Source of the DNA: Vicugna vicugna
Lineage: Eukaryota
Direction: 5' to 3'
NCBI GenBank assembly: GCA_013265495.1
Contig: MU061579.1
Location: forward strand, 1,857,319-1,921,318
Length of the DNA stretch: 64,000 bases
Shown here: positions 63,521 to 64,000 of the stretch, one piece after another
How positions within the stretch are numbered: position 1 is the stretch's first letter
Layout: every line of letters begins with the position of its first letter
The notes under the pieces: generated by a model
Database searches by the model: none
Told to the model about the DNA's origin: nothing
The model's input: the letters and a program-made list of their open reading frames with translations, nothing else
Made by a program: the position numbers and the translations under genes

Positions 63521-64000
63521 GGGAAAATGATAAGCAAATAGGCAAATACAGAGTATTCAGAAAATGTCTGTTAACTGAGAAATGGGGAGTCCTGCTTAGT
63601 ATTTGCCACAGTTACTAGTTCACATTTATGTCTGTGTTTATTTAAATCAATGACACATGGTCTACACAAATTTTTGCTCATTACTAGACCCTCAGTATTT
63701 CCCATGATGCCTATCACACCATAAATTTTCATTAAAATTTTATATCTATATCATACTTAAGTGCAAGGAGATATTTTGTGTTGCATTTGCAGACATCTTG
63801 GTACAAGAGCATTCTTTTCATTACACAGCAATTAATTGTTAATTAGTTTAAGTGTAATCCTATGTGTCCTGCACTATACACGATAATGAAGTTTGTATTC
63901 TACTGAGTTAGGAAATGAAACAATAAACAGATTAACAAAAAATAAATATGAATTCTCAAATCCATCACAGTAATTTTATATCTTTTAAAAAAGGGGCATC

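Noticed and set aside
1..64000. A novel prokaryote-style system (CRISPR, defence operon, phage genes)
   Set aside because: The sequence is mammalian non-coding DNA, with no operons, long ORFs or regularly spaced repeat-spacer arrays. The longest supplied ORF is 139 aa.

Overview
This is AT-rich, CpG-poor mammalian genomic DNA, intergenic or deep-intronic, and not prokaryotic. Two tRNA-Ala-derived SINEs of the Vic-1 type (24081-24241, 59545-59687) point to a camelid (alpaca, llama or camel). I found no recognisable protein-coding gene, RNA gene or CRISPR array. The supplied ORFs are short chance frames or pieces of repeats and microsatellites. Much of the window is fossil transposons. These include several LINE-1s, among them a long old element with 5'UTR, ORF1 and ORF2 at about 37.5-42.8 kb and a young 205-bp stub with a perfect TSD. 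There are also L2 and MIR fragments, a two-LTR MaLR (MLT1) provirus nested in an L2, an ERVL pol remnant (RT, RNase H, integrase) with its 3' LTR, three ERV1-like solo LTRs with 4-bp TSDs, other ERVL/MaLR solo LTRs, MER5A- and MER46C-like DNA transposons, and (GT)n microsatellites. Unique stretches hold a few candidate regulatory motif clusters (RFX+FOX, CTCF, octamer+M-box) and two candidate splice-bounded exons, all unverified. I cannot support a novel biological system here. Repeat family names come from remembered consensus sequences, and boundaries without TSDs are approximate.
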